A DNA stretch of 32,000 nucleotides from positions 537,981 through 569,980 of the forward strand of contig NZ_CP194951.1 of the NCBI RefSeq assembly GCF_030070105.2, written 5' to 3'. The first letter of the stretch is position 1, and every line of letters begins with the position of its first letter. Both the position numbers and the translations under genes were made by a program. This DNA is from Bermanella sp. WJH001. GTDB lineage: Bacteria; Pseudomonadota; Gammaproteobacteria; Pseudomonadales; Oceanobacteraceae. The notes under the pieces are model-generated. The model was not told the origin of the DNA. It saw nothing but the letters and a program-made list of their open reading frames with translations, and ran no database searches. Below are positions 17,653-27,083 of this stretch, piece by piece.

Positions 17653-18528
17653 GTGAAGCAGCCTATGTACAGCGCCGAAGCAGATATGAGTAACCTGGCC
17701 GCATTGCATCAAAATCAGCAATTGCGCATCAAGGCGTTAGATTTAGTGAAATCCCTATTTGAGCAGGTACGTGTTGTACAGCAACACCGTGCTGCAACAA
17801 ACGCGGCCCTTGCGGGCAATCCGTTCTTTGAGAGCAAGACACGTGTGCTTGCCCGTGAAGTGAATTCACGTTTTAAGGAATTGGAGCGTCAACAACAAGA
17901 TTGCCTTGATGTAATCGACTCACGCCAGTGGGATGATATTCGTAACGCATGGCAAACGGTGCATTTGCAATGGCGCCAAGATGAAATCATTGAAAACTTT
18001 GAATTACACAGCCACCTCGTTAAACAACTCTTGTCGTATATCTCGATCTTGGGGAATAAGGTTGAAGACTTAATTGAAACAGGCAGCCAGCATCAAGCCT
18101 TAAGCCACTATGTGTTAAACGATGTACCGTCTTTTATTGAGCTACTTGGGCAAATACGTGCACTGGGTACCTCAACGGCGGTTGTGGGGATTATGGATGA
18201 TGCCTGTGATATGCGTTTACGCTTTTTAATGGGGCAGTTACAAAAACAACAAATCAAGGTGAAACAACAAGCTCATCATTTAAGCCAAGAGGCTTTAGAC
18301 ATTACCTCATCACTGATTGATGCTCTTTTATGTGAGCCTAAGCTTGAACGTTTAACCGGTATTGTGATGCATGATTTACTCAGTGGCCGCGATATTGTGA
18401 CCAGTGCGGATGAAATATTTACCTTAAGCACTCAAATTATTGATGCTCATTATAATGTGATGAATGAAGGGTTACGGATGTTGCGTCTAAGTATGGATAA
18501 GCGCATGCAGGCTTGGGTAAGCCGTTAA
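17653..18528 (+). CDS. Hypothetical all-helical protein (weak NIT-like N-terminal pattern, unconfirmed)
   Basis: The ORF is 291 aa from GTG 17653, or 287 aa from ATG 17665. It has no signal peptide or TM segment and no family I can name with confidence. It is preceded by the sigma-54 architecture. Confidence 0.6.
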   Translation: MKQPMYSAEADMSNLAALHQNQQLRIKALDLVKSLFEQVRVVQQHRAATNAALAGNPFFESKTRVLAREVNSRFKELERQQQDCLDVIDSRQWDDIRNAWQTVHLQWRQDEIIENFELHSHLVKQLLSYISILGNKVEDLIETGSQHQALSHYVLNDVPSFIELLGQIRALGTSTAVVGIMDDACDMRLRFLMGQLQKQQIKVKQQAHHLSQEALDITSSLIDALLCEPKLERLTGIVMHDLLSGRDIVTSADEIFTLSTQIIDAHYNVMNEGLRMLRLSMDKRMQAWVSR

Positions 18529-18648
18529 TGATTCACTCGCGGGGGCGAGTTAATAGCAGGTTATGTTTCATTTCTAAACGGTTTAGAGTATGTCGGGCAT
18601 GGCCCGACACAAGCAGTTGTCGGTGGTCAGTGCCCACCCTACAAACTA

Positions 18649-18676
18649 TCTAACATCTAACATCTAACATCTAACA
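18649..18676. repeat. Heptanucleotide tandem array (TCTAACA)x4
   Basis: Four perfect copies end 8 nt before the TonB-dependent receptor stop codon (18685-18687). The unit differs from the 2204-2315 unit only at the last base. Confidence 0.95.
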
Positions 18677-18684
18677 CGTCACGA

Positions 18685-20748
18685 TCAAAATACCAGTTTG
18701 GTACCCACTGAGAATATGGTCGGCAGTGATGTCACGTCTTCGGCCTCGGTATAGTCTTTGTTATAACTAATGTCACTTACGTTGGCGCGATTATATAAAT
18801 TGATGATTTCAAAATATAAGGTGCTGCGCCCTGATAAATCGTGATCAATACGGAAGTCTAAGCGATGATAAGCCGACAGACGTTGTGAGTTTGGTTTGCC
18901 TTCGATTGGGTCGTAAATGTAAGGGTCTGAATTACAACCGGCTTCGATGGTGCTGGAGTATTGTGGGTTACCGTTGCCATCTAGGCCACAACTATAAAAC
19001 GGCGTTGCACCGGTTATGGGTGTGACTAAGCTGCCACTTTGATAGCGCCATTTAAAGCCATACGAGGTTTTCTCGTTCTTTTGATAATTAGCCACTAGGT
19101 TAACAATCCAAGGGCGGTCAAGCTCGTAATCAATTTCTAGTCCAGAGTCTTCATTTTCACGCTTGGTTTTACTGTAGGCCACACTTAACCAGCCATACCA
19201 TTTATCGGTTAGATTTTTATTAATCAGTAATTCAAGACCATAGGCTGTGCCGTTAGCATTATTTAAATACGGTGGCGTGGTGTTTTTGGTGTTAGCAGCC
19301 ACAAGGTTATCAATGTCTTTGTAATATACTTCTAGCTTGGTGCTTAATGAGTCATCAATTTGGTGCTCAAAACCCACTACATAGTGGTTAGCAATGGGTT
19401 GTTTTAGGTCTGGGTTACCCAACTCTTTTGCAATAAAACGAAACTCACGAATAAACTGGCTATGACGACCAACGGCGGCAGTTAATGTCCAGCTGTCATT
19501 CAAGCTATAACGGCTGGAAATTCTAGGTTGTAGAAGTTGCTCTTCGTTAAAGTCGTTGTAGCTGTTACCTAAACCAAGGGTTACTTCTAGGTCTGGTGTC
19601 GCTAACCAGTCATAGGCCACAAATGTATAGAGCCCGTTGATGGTGAGTGAGTCTTCATTATCAAATACTTCACCCAGTGAAGCAGGTGGGCACTCATCGC
19701 CTACTTCATCATTACAAGGGGAGTACAGGCCGCTGGCGGTGTATTCAATTTCTGTGTTGCTCAGGTCAAAACCATAACGAAACGTGTCGCCATTATTAAG
19801 AGGCGTAAAGTAATAGTTTTTTAAGCGGTATTCGTAGTTGATGGCATCTAACTCAAATAATGTGCCCACAGAAAAACTCACGTCTTCTTCTTTACGACTT
19901 AAAGACAAGATAGTGGCGGTGCCACCATCCAAAACGGTATCAAACACGATGCCTTGGTTGTGATAATAGGTGTCGGCGTCTAGCCCGCCAGCAAGCGCCG
20001 GCTCACGAGCAAGGTCATCGGACTCAGGACCAAAGTCGATGCCCACGCTGTCGTTTGCACCGGTGGCAATAAAACGCAAATTTGAAACCGGGCTCATGCG
20101 CCATTGATATTTAAATTGATAGTCGCTGTTTTTAGGCACCTCAGTGAAGGTCAGCTCATCTTCATCCACAAAGTTTTCTACATAAAACTCTAATAAACTG
20201 CGGCGATAGGAAAAATAAAAGGCGCTGTCATCGCTTACGGCCCCTTCAACTAAACCACCTGCCCGTAAAAAACTTAAGTCTAATGTAGTGCGAATAGGTT
20301 CTTGGTATGGATCGCGCAGTTTTGTCGCTAAAACAGCACCAATGGCATTGCTGTATTCAGGCCCCCAAGCGCCTGCTTTAAGACTGAAGTCTTCGATGAT
20401 GTTGTCGTTATAGGTGCTTCCGCCGTCGTTATGGAAAACATAACCAACAGGCAAAAAGTCAGTGATATAAATATTATCGTTAGGGCTTGAGCCCCTTACA
20501 GCAGGAACACTAAATGGGCCGAATCCACCCAGTACAACACCAGGAAGGGCTTCTACGGCTTTTAAGGGGTCGTTGCCAGCACCTGGCACTTTTAATAGTT
20601 TCTCAGTGCTGATTTGCGGACCTTTGAGTTCGCTGCCACTGACATTAATGGTAGAAAGCTCAGCCACATCCTCATCAGAGGTTTGTGCATGGCTAAACAC
20701 ACTTAGAGCACTTAAAGACAATGCTGTGAGTAAAATAGAGCGATTCAT
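18685..20748 (-). CDS. TonB-dependent outer-membrane receptor
   Basis: The signal peptide is MNRSILLTALSLSALSVFSHA. A plug-type motif (NDPLKAVEALPGV) is present. A long beta-rich barrel region ends with a C-terminal aromatic residue (GTKLVF). Confidence 0.9.
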   Translation of the reverse strand: MNRSILLTALSLSALSVFSHAQTSDEDVAELSTINVSGSELKGPQISTEKLLKVPGAGNDPLKAVEALPGVVLGGFGPFSVPAVRGSSPNDNIYITDFLPVGYVFHNDGGSTYNDNIIEDFSLKAGAWGPEYSNAIGAVLATKLRDPYQEPIRTTLDLSFLRAGGLVEGAVSDDSAFYFSYRRSLLEFYVENFVDEDELTFTEVPKNSDYQFKYQWRMSPVSNLRFIATGANDSVGIDFGPESDDLAREPALAGGLDADTYYHNQGIVFDTVLDGGTATILSLSRKEEDVSFSVGTLFELDAINYEYRLKNYYFTPLNNGDTFRYGFDLSNTEIEYTASGLYSPCNDEVGDECPPASLGEVFDNEDSLTINGLYTFVAYDWLATPDLEVTLGLGNSYNDFNEEQLLQPRISSRYSLNDSWTLTAAVGRHSQFIREFRFIAKELGNPDLKQPIANHYVVGFEHQIDDSLSTKLEVYYKDIDNLVAANTKNTTPPYLNNANGTAYGLELLINKNLTDKWYGWLSVAYSKTKRENEDSGLEIDYELDRPWIVNLVANYQKNEKTSYGFKWRYQSGSLVTPITGATPFYSCGLDGNGNPQYSSTIEAGCNSDPYIYDPIEGKPNSQRLSAYHRLDFRIDHDLSGRSTLYFEIINLYNRANVSDISYNKDYTEAEDVTSLPTIFSVGTKLVF

Positions 20749-20788
20749 ATAGCGATCCTGCTATGTTTTTATTTTGCGCAGACTGTAA

Positions 20789-20821
20789 CAAAAAACCAGC
20801 AAGGAAAGAACGCCTTGCTGG
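20789..20821 (-). terminator. Rho-independent terminator after the DUF523/DUF1722 gene
   Basis: A 9-bp stem CCAGCAAGG/CCTTGCTGG with an 8-nt loop is followed on the minus strand by TTTTTTGTT. Confidence 0.75.
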
Positions 20822-20844
20822 TGGGTTAATGAATATTTAATAAA

Positions 20845-21804
20845 TTAGATGGCGTTACGTAAGCCCAGTTCATAAGGGTGAGGGTTTAGGTATTTTTGTT
20901 TTCGTAAATAATTATCGTCATCTGTGTGTTTCTTAATGTGATGATTAAGTAATGTCAGAGGCACAACAATAGGCACCAAGCCAGTACGATACTGGTTAAC
21001 CAACTCTAGCATTTCTTGTTTCTCATCGGCACTTAAGTCGTTTTTAAGGTAGCCCTGCAAGTGCTGCAGAACATTGGTATTTTTTTTGCGATTAGCAATG
21101 TGCTTCAGGGCGTCCATAAACGTTGTAATGTAATCATGAGCAATTTCATTTAACGGTTTAGCTTTTAAGTTGCTTAATGACTGGCCAAGTATTTGGTAAC
21201 TTTGAATATGGTGTGCCATGAGTAAATATTTATAGCGCACATGGAAGTCTAATAAATTTTTAGAAGTGATGTTGCTGGCAACATTTTCTTGCCAGTCATG
21301 AAAGGCCATCACGCGGGTAATGAAATTTTCTCGGATCATGGCATCACTTAAACGCCCAGCTTCTTCTTTGGGCATCAAAGGCAGCAGACGATCTAGCTCA
21401 GCGGCGTATATACCTTGTGCTACTTCTAAAGGGTTTCCATTCTCATGATAAAGTTTGACGCGGGTGTAACCGCAACTTGGGCTTTTTTGCATAAAAATGT
21501 AGCCGCAACTATCTGTTAGTTGGCTTGCTTGGTGTTTGGCGTAATCTTTAAGTTGTTGAGTAAAGCGCACATTGTTGTCATCACTTAATGCGGCTTCTAT
21601 GCCCGTTTCATTATTACCAGATGTGGTGATTAAACGAATGGGTTTTCTAGGTACACCCATACCTATGCCCATTTCAGGGCAAATGGGGGTGTAATCAAAA
21701 TATTCTGATAAGACGTCCTCTAAGTAGCGAGAGCGCTTATGACCACCATTGTATCGGACTTTTTCACCCAGTAAGCAAGCACTGATGCCAACTTTAATTC
21801 CCAT
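20845..21804 (-). CDS. DUF523 (TudS-like) + DUF1722 (YbgA-like) fusion protein
   Basis: The N-terminus MGIKVGISACLLGEKVRYNGGHK is typical of DUF523. The helical C-terminal half is typical of YbgA/DUF1722. Confidence 0.85.
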   Translation of the reverse strand: MGIKVGISACLLGEKVRYNGGHKRSRYLEDVLSEYFDYTPICPEMGIGMGVPRKPIRLITTSGNNETGIEAALSDDNNVRFTQQLKDYAKHQASQLTDSCGYIFMQKSPSCGYTRVKLYHENGNPLEVAQGIYAAELDRLLPLMPKEEAGRLSDAMIRENFITRVMAFHDWQENVASNITSKNLLDFHVRYKYLLMAHHIQSYQILGQSLSNLKAKPLNEIAHDYITTFMDALKHIANRKKNTNVLQHLQGYLKNDLSADEKQEMLELVNQYRTGLVPIVVPLTLLNHHIKKHTDDDNYLRKQKYLNPHPYELGLRNAI

Positions 21805-22176
21805 TTTCTACTCCGAATATGCAGAATATATTGTGACTACCATAGTCTATTTCTGTGTAACTGTGTATTTGTACGCTTGTAATAATGGTTTGGACCTTTT
21901 TCGCTGACTTATCTTTATATGCATTAATTGTCAGTTTGTGTCTATTTTTTATCTATTAAGTGAATAAGGCTTGGTGTTTAATGAAGATGTAACATATTTC
22001 AGGGTGTGAGCAGGATTTTAAGAATATCAAGGCAGGTACACATAAGAATTTAGCTGAATTAGCTATAAGTATTACAGCTTTAATTATTTGTTAGTTTTTA
22101 TGGGGCTTGTCTTTGCAAACCGAGTTAAACCGGACTAGATATTTAATATAGGGTTTCATTTACTAGGTTGATTAAT

Positions 22177-22506
22177 ATGAGTCTAAGCAAGCAACAAAGC
22201 GCACAAGTACTATTTCAATTCGATTCATCGTTTGAAGTGAGTTATGTGAATTACTACCGTGGTAATGAATTAGCCGACCCCCAGCTTGTGGTGACACTAG
22301 AACGCGATAATGAGCGTCAGAGCTTTGCATTTATGCATCCTCATTTTAATGACGTTGACCGTAACTTAATCAGTGCTCAGGGCTTGGCGATTAGCTCTGT
22401 TAAGTTATCGCCTTTTGGTCAAAACCAAATTGAAGTGGCCGACTTAAAAGATGGCATTGTGTACTTCACCTCAAGAGTGGTCAAAAACATCACCCCAACT
22501 GCTTAG
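22177..22506 (+). CDS. Hypothetical protein (109 aa)
   Basis: The ORF runs from ATG 22177 (the track start 22168 is TTG). It is followed by a clean terminator. No recognisable motifs were found. Confidence 0.5.
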   Translation: MSLSKQQSAQVLFQFDSSFEVSYVNYYRGNELADPQLVVTLERDNERQSFAFMHPHFNDVDRNLISAQGLAISSVKLSPFGQNQIEVADLKDGIVYFTSRVVKNITPTA

Positions 22507-22525
22507 TTTAGATTTGAGCTTAATT

Positions 22526-22556
22526 AAAAAACCAAGACGAGTTCTTGGTTTTTTTG
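22526..22556. terminator. Bidirectional rho-independent terminator
   Basis: An 8-bp stem AACCAAGA/TCTTGGTT with a 5-nt loop is flanked by A6 upstream and T7 downstream. Confidence 0.8.
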
Positions 22557-22634
22557 TGCCTGTAAAAAGTGGGAAGGAGGTATTACATATTAAAAACACC
22601 GGTGGACAGCACCACTGTCACACAATTTGATCAT

Positions 22635-22785
22635 AAAAACGTTTATCCCCGACGCGCGAAGCGCTTTGATCGGGGACCTATTTTTACTTTTGTGAAGAAT
22701 CTGAGTGTTTCATCAGGCAGGTTAAGGGATTGCCCCCGCTTTGGCTGCGTCGCTTTTCGCGTCGAGGGGGCGTTGAATCTCGGTT
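22635..22785 (+). repeat. Dispersed intergenic GC-hairpin element, copy B (about 150 nt)
   Basis: It is colinear with 1909-2039 in the same orientation. It has the hairpin TCCCCGA/TCGGGGA and the core GACGCGCGAAGCGC. It carries about 25 nt extra (GCTTTGGCTGCGTCGCTTTTCGCGTC) relative to copy A. Confidence 0.6.
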
Positions 22786-22852
22786 GAAGATCACACTACG
22801 GGGCCGCAGTGCAGTCTACTGTGGCTTTATATGAGGTAGAACAAAATTCAGC

Positions 22853-23269
22853 TTAGTGAAGCTGTAAAACCAGTGCTGCTTTTTCGCAATAGTCTTTTTG
22901 TTTGGTGTCGTTTTTCTGTTTACTTTGGCTGGATTTAATCCAAATGTAGCTCGAAGATTTGCCTTTACACATTTCTAAACCTAATACCGAGTTTTTCGAT
23001 TTTACAAAGAGGTTCATAGTGATCTCACCGCGGCCCATGGTGCGCAAGTGCATTTTTTTAGGTGAAAGAGTGTATGACTTAATACCGCTGCGGCCATTCA
23101 CACTGATGGTTTTTCCTGGAGGGGCGTTGACCCACTCAGCATCATCGCGAATCTCGATGCTTGTCCAACTGCTGTCAGTGGAAACAGAAAGCTCGTATAT
23201 GGTGTCATTACCTTCAGCTGCCATGGCTGAGGTGCTTAACAGGGCTAAGAAAAGCCATATTCCCTTCAT
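22853..23269 (-). CDS. Hypothetical secreted protein (138 aa)
   Basis: The start at ATG 23269 (AAGGA 8 nt upstream) gives the signal peptide MKGIWLFLALLSTSAMA. No family was recognised. Confidence 0.55.
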   Translation of the reverse strand: MKGIWLFLALLSTSAMAAEGNDTIYELSVSTDSSWTSIEIRDDAEWVNAPPGKTISVNGRSGIKSYTLSPKKMHLRTMGRGEITMNLFVKSKNSVLGLEMCKGKSSSYIWIKSSQSKQKNDTKQKDYCEKAALVLQLH

Positions 23270-23340
23270 ATTTATTATCCTTGGCATTTATACCTATTAA
23301 AAATTTAGGTAAAGAAGGGCATTTCGTCAAATGGGTGGAT

Positions 23341-23377
23341 TTCGCCATTCTCATTAAATGTGGATGAGAATGGCGAA
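23341..23377. other. 14-bp perfect inverted repeat TTCGCCATTCTCAT-N9-ATGAGAATGGCGAA
   Basis: Read directly from the sequence. It lies 12 nt downstream of the PhoH2 stop and upstream of the 22853-23269 gene. Neither side has a U-tract, so it is either a terminator without a tail or a protein-binding site. Confidence 0.5.
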
Positions 23378-23388
23378 TACATGAATGT

Positions 23389-24762
23389 TTATAAGTGCGT
23401 TTCTGCGTATTCCGCCAATGCAGATCTTGGCACCCCTTGAAGTTCTATACCACCACCTAACGAGAAACCTTTAAAGCGTTCGTTAAGGTAGGTGAGGCCA
23501 GAGCTGGTTGCATTTAAGTATGGCGTGTCGATTTGGGCTAAGTTACCCAAACACACCACTTTAGAACCAGCACCGGCTCGAGTGATTATGGTCTTCATTT
23601 GGTGTGGGGTTAGATTTTGGCTTTCATCAATTATGATGAGGCTTTTTTGAAAGCTGCGCCCTCGAATATAATTGAGGGATTTAAAGTGCAGCGGCACTTT
23701 TTGTAAAATGTAATCAATGCTGCCATGGGTGCTTTCATCTTCCATGTGAAGGGCTTCAAGGTTATCTGTGATTGCACCCAACCAAGGCTCCATTTTTTCG
23801 GCCTCAGTTCCGGGTAAAAAACCAATGTCTTCATCTAGGCCGCGCACACTTCGGGTGGCAATGATGCGTGTATAGCGATTTTGTGAAACGGTCATATCAA
23901 TGGCCGCAGCCAGTGCCAATATGGTTTTACCTGAGCCTGCGGCACCGGTTAAATTCACTAGATGAATGTCTGGATCCAGTAGTAAATCCAGTGCAACGGC
24001 TTGGTAAATATCACGTGGCGTTAACCCCCACGCTTGTTGTTGCATTAAGTGATCGCGTGAGCGATCCCATAGGGTGACAATCTTATCGTCCATATCACAA
24101 ATTCGTGCAACAAATCCTTGTTCATCAATAATGTATTGATTAATGAACACATCTTTTGATAACTCTTCTCGTGCAATTTTATGAACGGTGCGGCCAGGCT
24201 CGTGTGCGGTTTCAACTTTATTTATGGTGTCCCAAAAACTATTTTTAAATTCGTGGAAACCTTTTGTGAGTGATTCAATATCACTGACCAGCTGGTCATT
24301 GTGATAATCCTCTGCTGCAATACCACAACCACGCGCTTTAAGTCGCATGTTGATATCTTTAGTGACCAGTACAATTTGTGTTTTAGGTCGCTGCTGCTGT
24401 AAAAAAATCAAACTATTGATGATTTTGTTATCATTTAAATCGTTAGGTAAAACAGTGCTTTGTTGAACAGGTTTATCCATTAACACACTTAAAAAACCGT
24501 GTTTTTCACCCGCTGCGGGCATGGCGACACCATCGCTAATTTCTTCAGGGCTGGCTTCGCCTAAAATTTTATCGATATTGCGAATGGCTTGTCGGCATTC
24601 CATGGAAACGCCAGACTTTGAAAGTTTAAGGTGGTCGAGTTCTTCTAACACGGTCATGGGGATGACCACTTGATGTTCTTCAAAATTAAATATTGCGGAG
24701 GGGTCGTGAATTAAAACATTAGTATCAATAACGTAAGCTTTGGTACGACGGCGGTTGGGCAT
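23389..24762 (-). CDS. PhoH2-type protein: N-terminal PIN domain fused to PhoH-like ATPase
   Basis: The N-terminus is PIN-like (YVIDTNVLIHDP...TVLEELD...LVTKDINMRLKA). The C-terminal PhoH region has Walker A GAAGSGKT and IIIDESQNL. An AAAGGAG Shine-Dalgarno is upstream. Confidence 0.9.
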   Translation of the reverse strand: MPNRRRTKAYVIDTNVLIHDPSAIFNFEEHQVVIPMTVLEELDHLKLSKSGVSMECRQAIRNIDKILGEASPEEISDGVAMPAAGEKHGFLSVLMDKPVQQSTVLPNDLNDNKIINSLIFLQQQRPKTQIVLVTKDINMRLKARGCGIAAEDYHNDQLVSDIESLTKGFHEFKNSFWDTINKVETAHEPGRTVHKIAREELSKDVFINQYIIDEQGFVARICDMDDKIVTLWDRSRDHLMQQQAWGLTPRDIYQAVALDLLLDPDIHLVNLTGAAGSGKTILALAAAIDMTVSQNRYTRIIATRSVRGLDEDIGFLPGTEAEKMEPWLGAITDNLEALHMEDESTHGSIDYILQKVPLHFKSLNYIRGRSFQKSLIIIDESQNLTPHQMKTIITRAGAGSKVVCLGNLAQIDTPYLNATSSGLTYLNERFKGFSLGGGIELQGVPRSALAEYAETHL

Positions 24763-25000
24763 TCAGCACTCCTTTTAGCGAACGCGCAGGCGATGCGTAA
24801 ACCGTAAGCGACTACCTTCTGCTTTAGGCGTGGGCCATTTTGGTATTAGCAGCCCTGTGAGTTCGAAATGAACTTGCACTTCCATTCAACTGGTATTTGT
24901 CGTGCTTGGCAACGATTTTTTTCGCTTTTTTATCTCCTTTTATATCGCATTAAATAATTTAGAAAGCTTACGCCAACGTCTGGTTTATTGTGAATAGCGT

Positions 25001-25714
25001 TTAATGCACACGAATGCGAATACTAGATTGATCTGAAAAACGAATATTACTGACGACCACATCACCCAAGGTGCGACCGGATTGATCGCCCTTAACGCGT
25101 AGATTACGAAAAGCAATTTCTTCAATTTCACTAGGCAGTGCCAATTCAATACTGCCGTCTGCGTTCAGCTTGGTTTGTTTGTTGGTATTTTGTTTAACCC
25201 CTTTGATGGTGATGTCCGCATCTAACACACTGGCAATAGGGTTTAGCAGTGTGGCTAGCTCATCGAGAGCACCAAGGTTGTTTTCATCACTAATATCGCC
25301 ACCTTGTGCTTGGTCTATTAGGTTGTTAAAGGCGTCTTGGGCATTTTGAAAACCTTGGCCATCAATGCTGGCTAATTCATCGTCATCAAGTGCTTTTAGG
25401 CCTTGATACTGACTCATTAAGGACGAACTTGTGGCTTCGTTTTGAGATGAATTAGATTGACTCGCAAATGCACCAAATGACATGGGGCCAAGGAGTACGG
25501 CAATCATCGCGGCCCATAGGCGGTGGCGATTTTGTTTCTTCAGGGCTTTTTTAAGTTGGCGCTCGGTTAAGATGCCTTGCTCAATTAGCGCTTCACCCAA
25601 GCGTAAGCCTGAAGTGAGCTGAGATTTAAGGGCGGTATCAAGTTGTAGTTGAGTAATTAATCCCTTTTTGATTAATAACGATCCGAGGCGGCTCTTTTGA
25701 ATGTGGTCGGTCAT
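25001..25714 (-). CDS. Stand-alone MshEN (T2SSE_N) domain membrane protein, putative c-di-GMP receptor
   Basis: The start is ATG 25714, with AGGA 6 nt upstream. Residues 9-61 are RLGSLLIKKGLITQLQLDTALKSQ, then LTSGL, then RLGEALIEQGILTERQLKKALKKQ. These are two perfect copies of the 24-residue MshEN motif separated by a 5-residue spacer. A TM helix (LWAAMIAVLLGPMSFGAFA) and about 150 aa of unknown extracytoplasmic domain follow. Confidence 0.75.
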   Translation of the reverse strand: MTDHIQKSRLGSLLIKKGLITQLQLDTALKSQLTSGLRLGEALIEQGILTERQLKKALKKQNRHRLWAAMIAVLLGPMSFGAFASQSNSSQNEATSSSLMSQYQGLKALDDDELASIDGQGFQNAQDAFNNLIDQAQGGDISDENNLGALDELATLLNPIASVLDADITIKGVKQNTNKQTKLNADGSIELALPSEIEEIAFRNLRVKGDQSGRTLGDVVVSNIRFSDQSSIRIRVH

Positions 25715-26106
25715 GAAAGGTCCTGTGGATAAAACGCCAAAAACGAATAAATATTGAACGTATATTGATTTTGGTTGGGGAGAGAGGCACCCGCAAGCAC
25801 GGGTAATTGACACATGGCATGTCGAGTGCGCGTAGCTTTTCTAAGTATTTGATTTGTATCAGGTAATGAGGTTTAGGCATGCTTAAGCTTTTATTGAGTA
25901 CACTTGTGCTAGTGGCTTATTAGGCAGAATTAATGAGGCAGATAGTAAGATTTAATGGTGCGTTTTATGAAACAGCCCATATAGTGATAAAGGCTCAAGC
26001 TTTACAGATTTTTTTGCTATAGTGCCGCCCTTGTTCTGCTAAGCTCATTGAAAATTGCCAAAAGCAATTTGGAATAATGATCTTATTGCCAAATTGTTTT
26101 GATTAA

Positions 26107-27069
<963 letters not shown>

Positions 27070-27083
27070 CCGAAGCATCAGTT

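Noticed and set aside
22569-22787. 72-aa ORF
   Set aside because: It lies entirely within copy B of the dispersed GC-hairpin repeat and just after a terminator. It has no RBS, and its Arg/Gly/Pro-rich translation is a by-product of the GC palindromes.
22959-23367. ORFs 22959-23300 and 23161-23367 (+)
   Set aside because: They are antisense to the 22853-23269 gene, which has a proper signal peptide and Shine-Dalgarno. Neither has independent support.
24763-24870. Possible c-di-GMP-I (GEMM) riboswitch in the phoH2 leader, minus strand
   Set aside because: The leader contains CACAGGGC, ACGCCUAAAGC and GGUAG, which are reminiscent of the Vc2 riboswitch. However, I could not fold it into the P1/P2 architecture, there is no GNRA tetraloop or receptor, and the ACGCAAAGC core is interrupted. 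Running cmscan with RF01051 would settle it. For now I treat it as coincidence.
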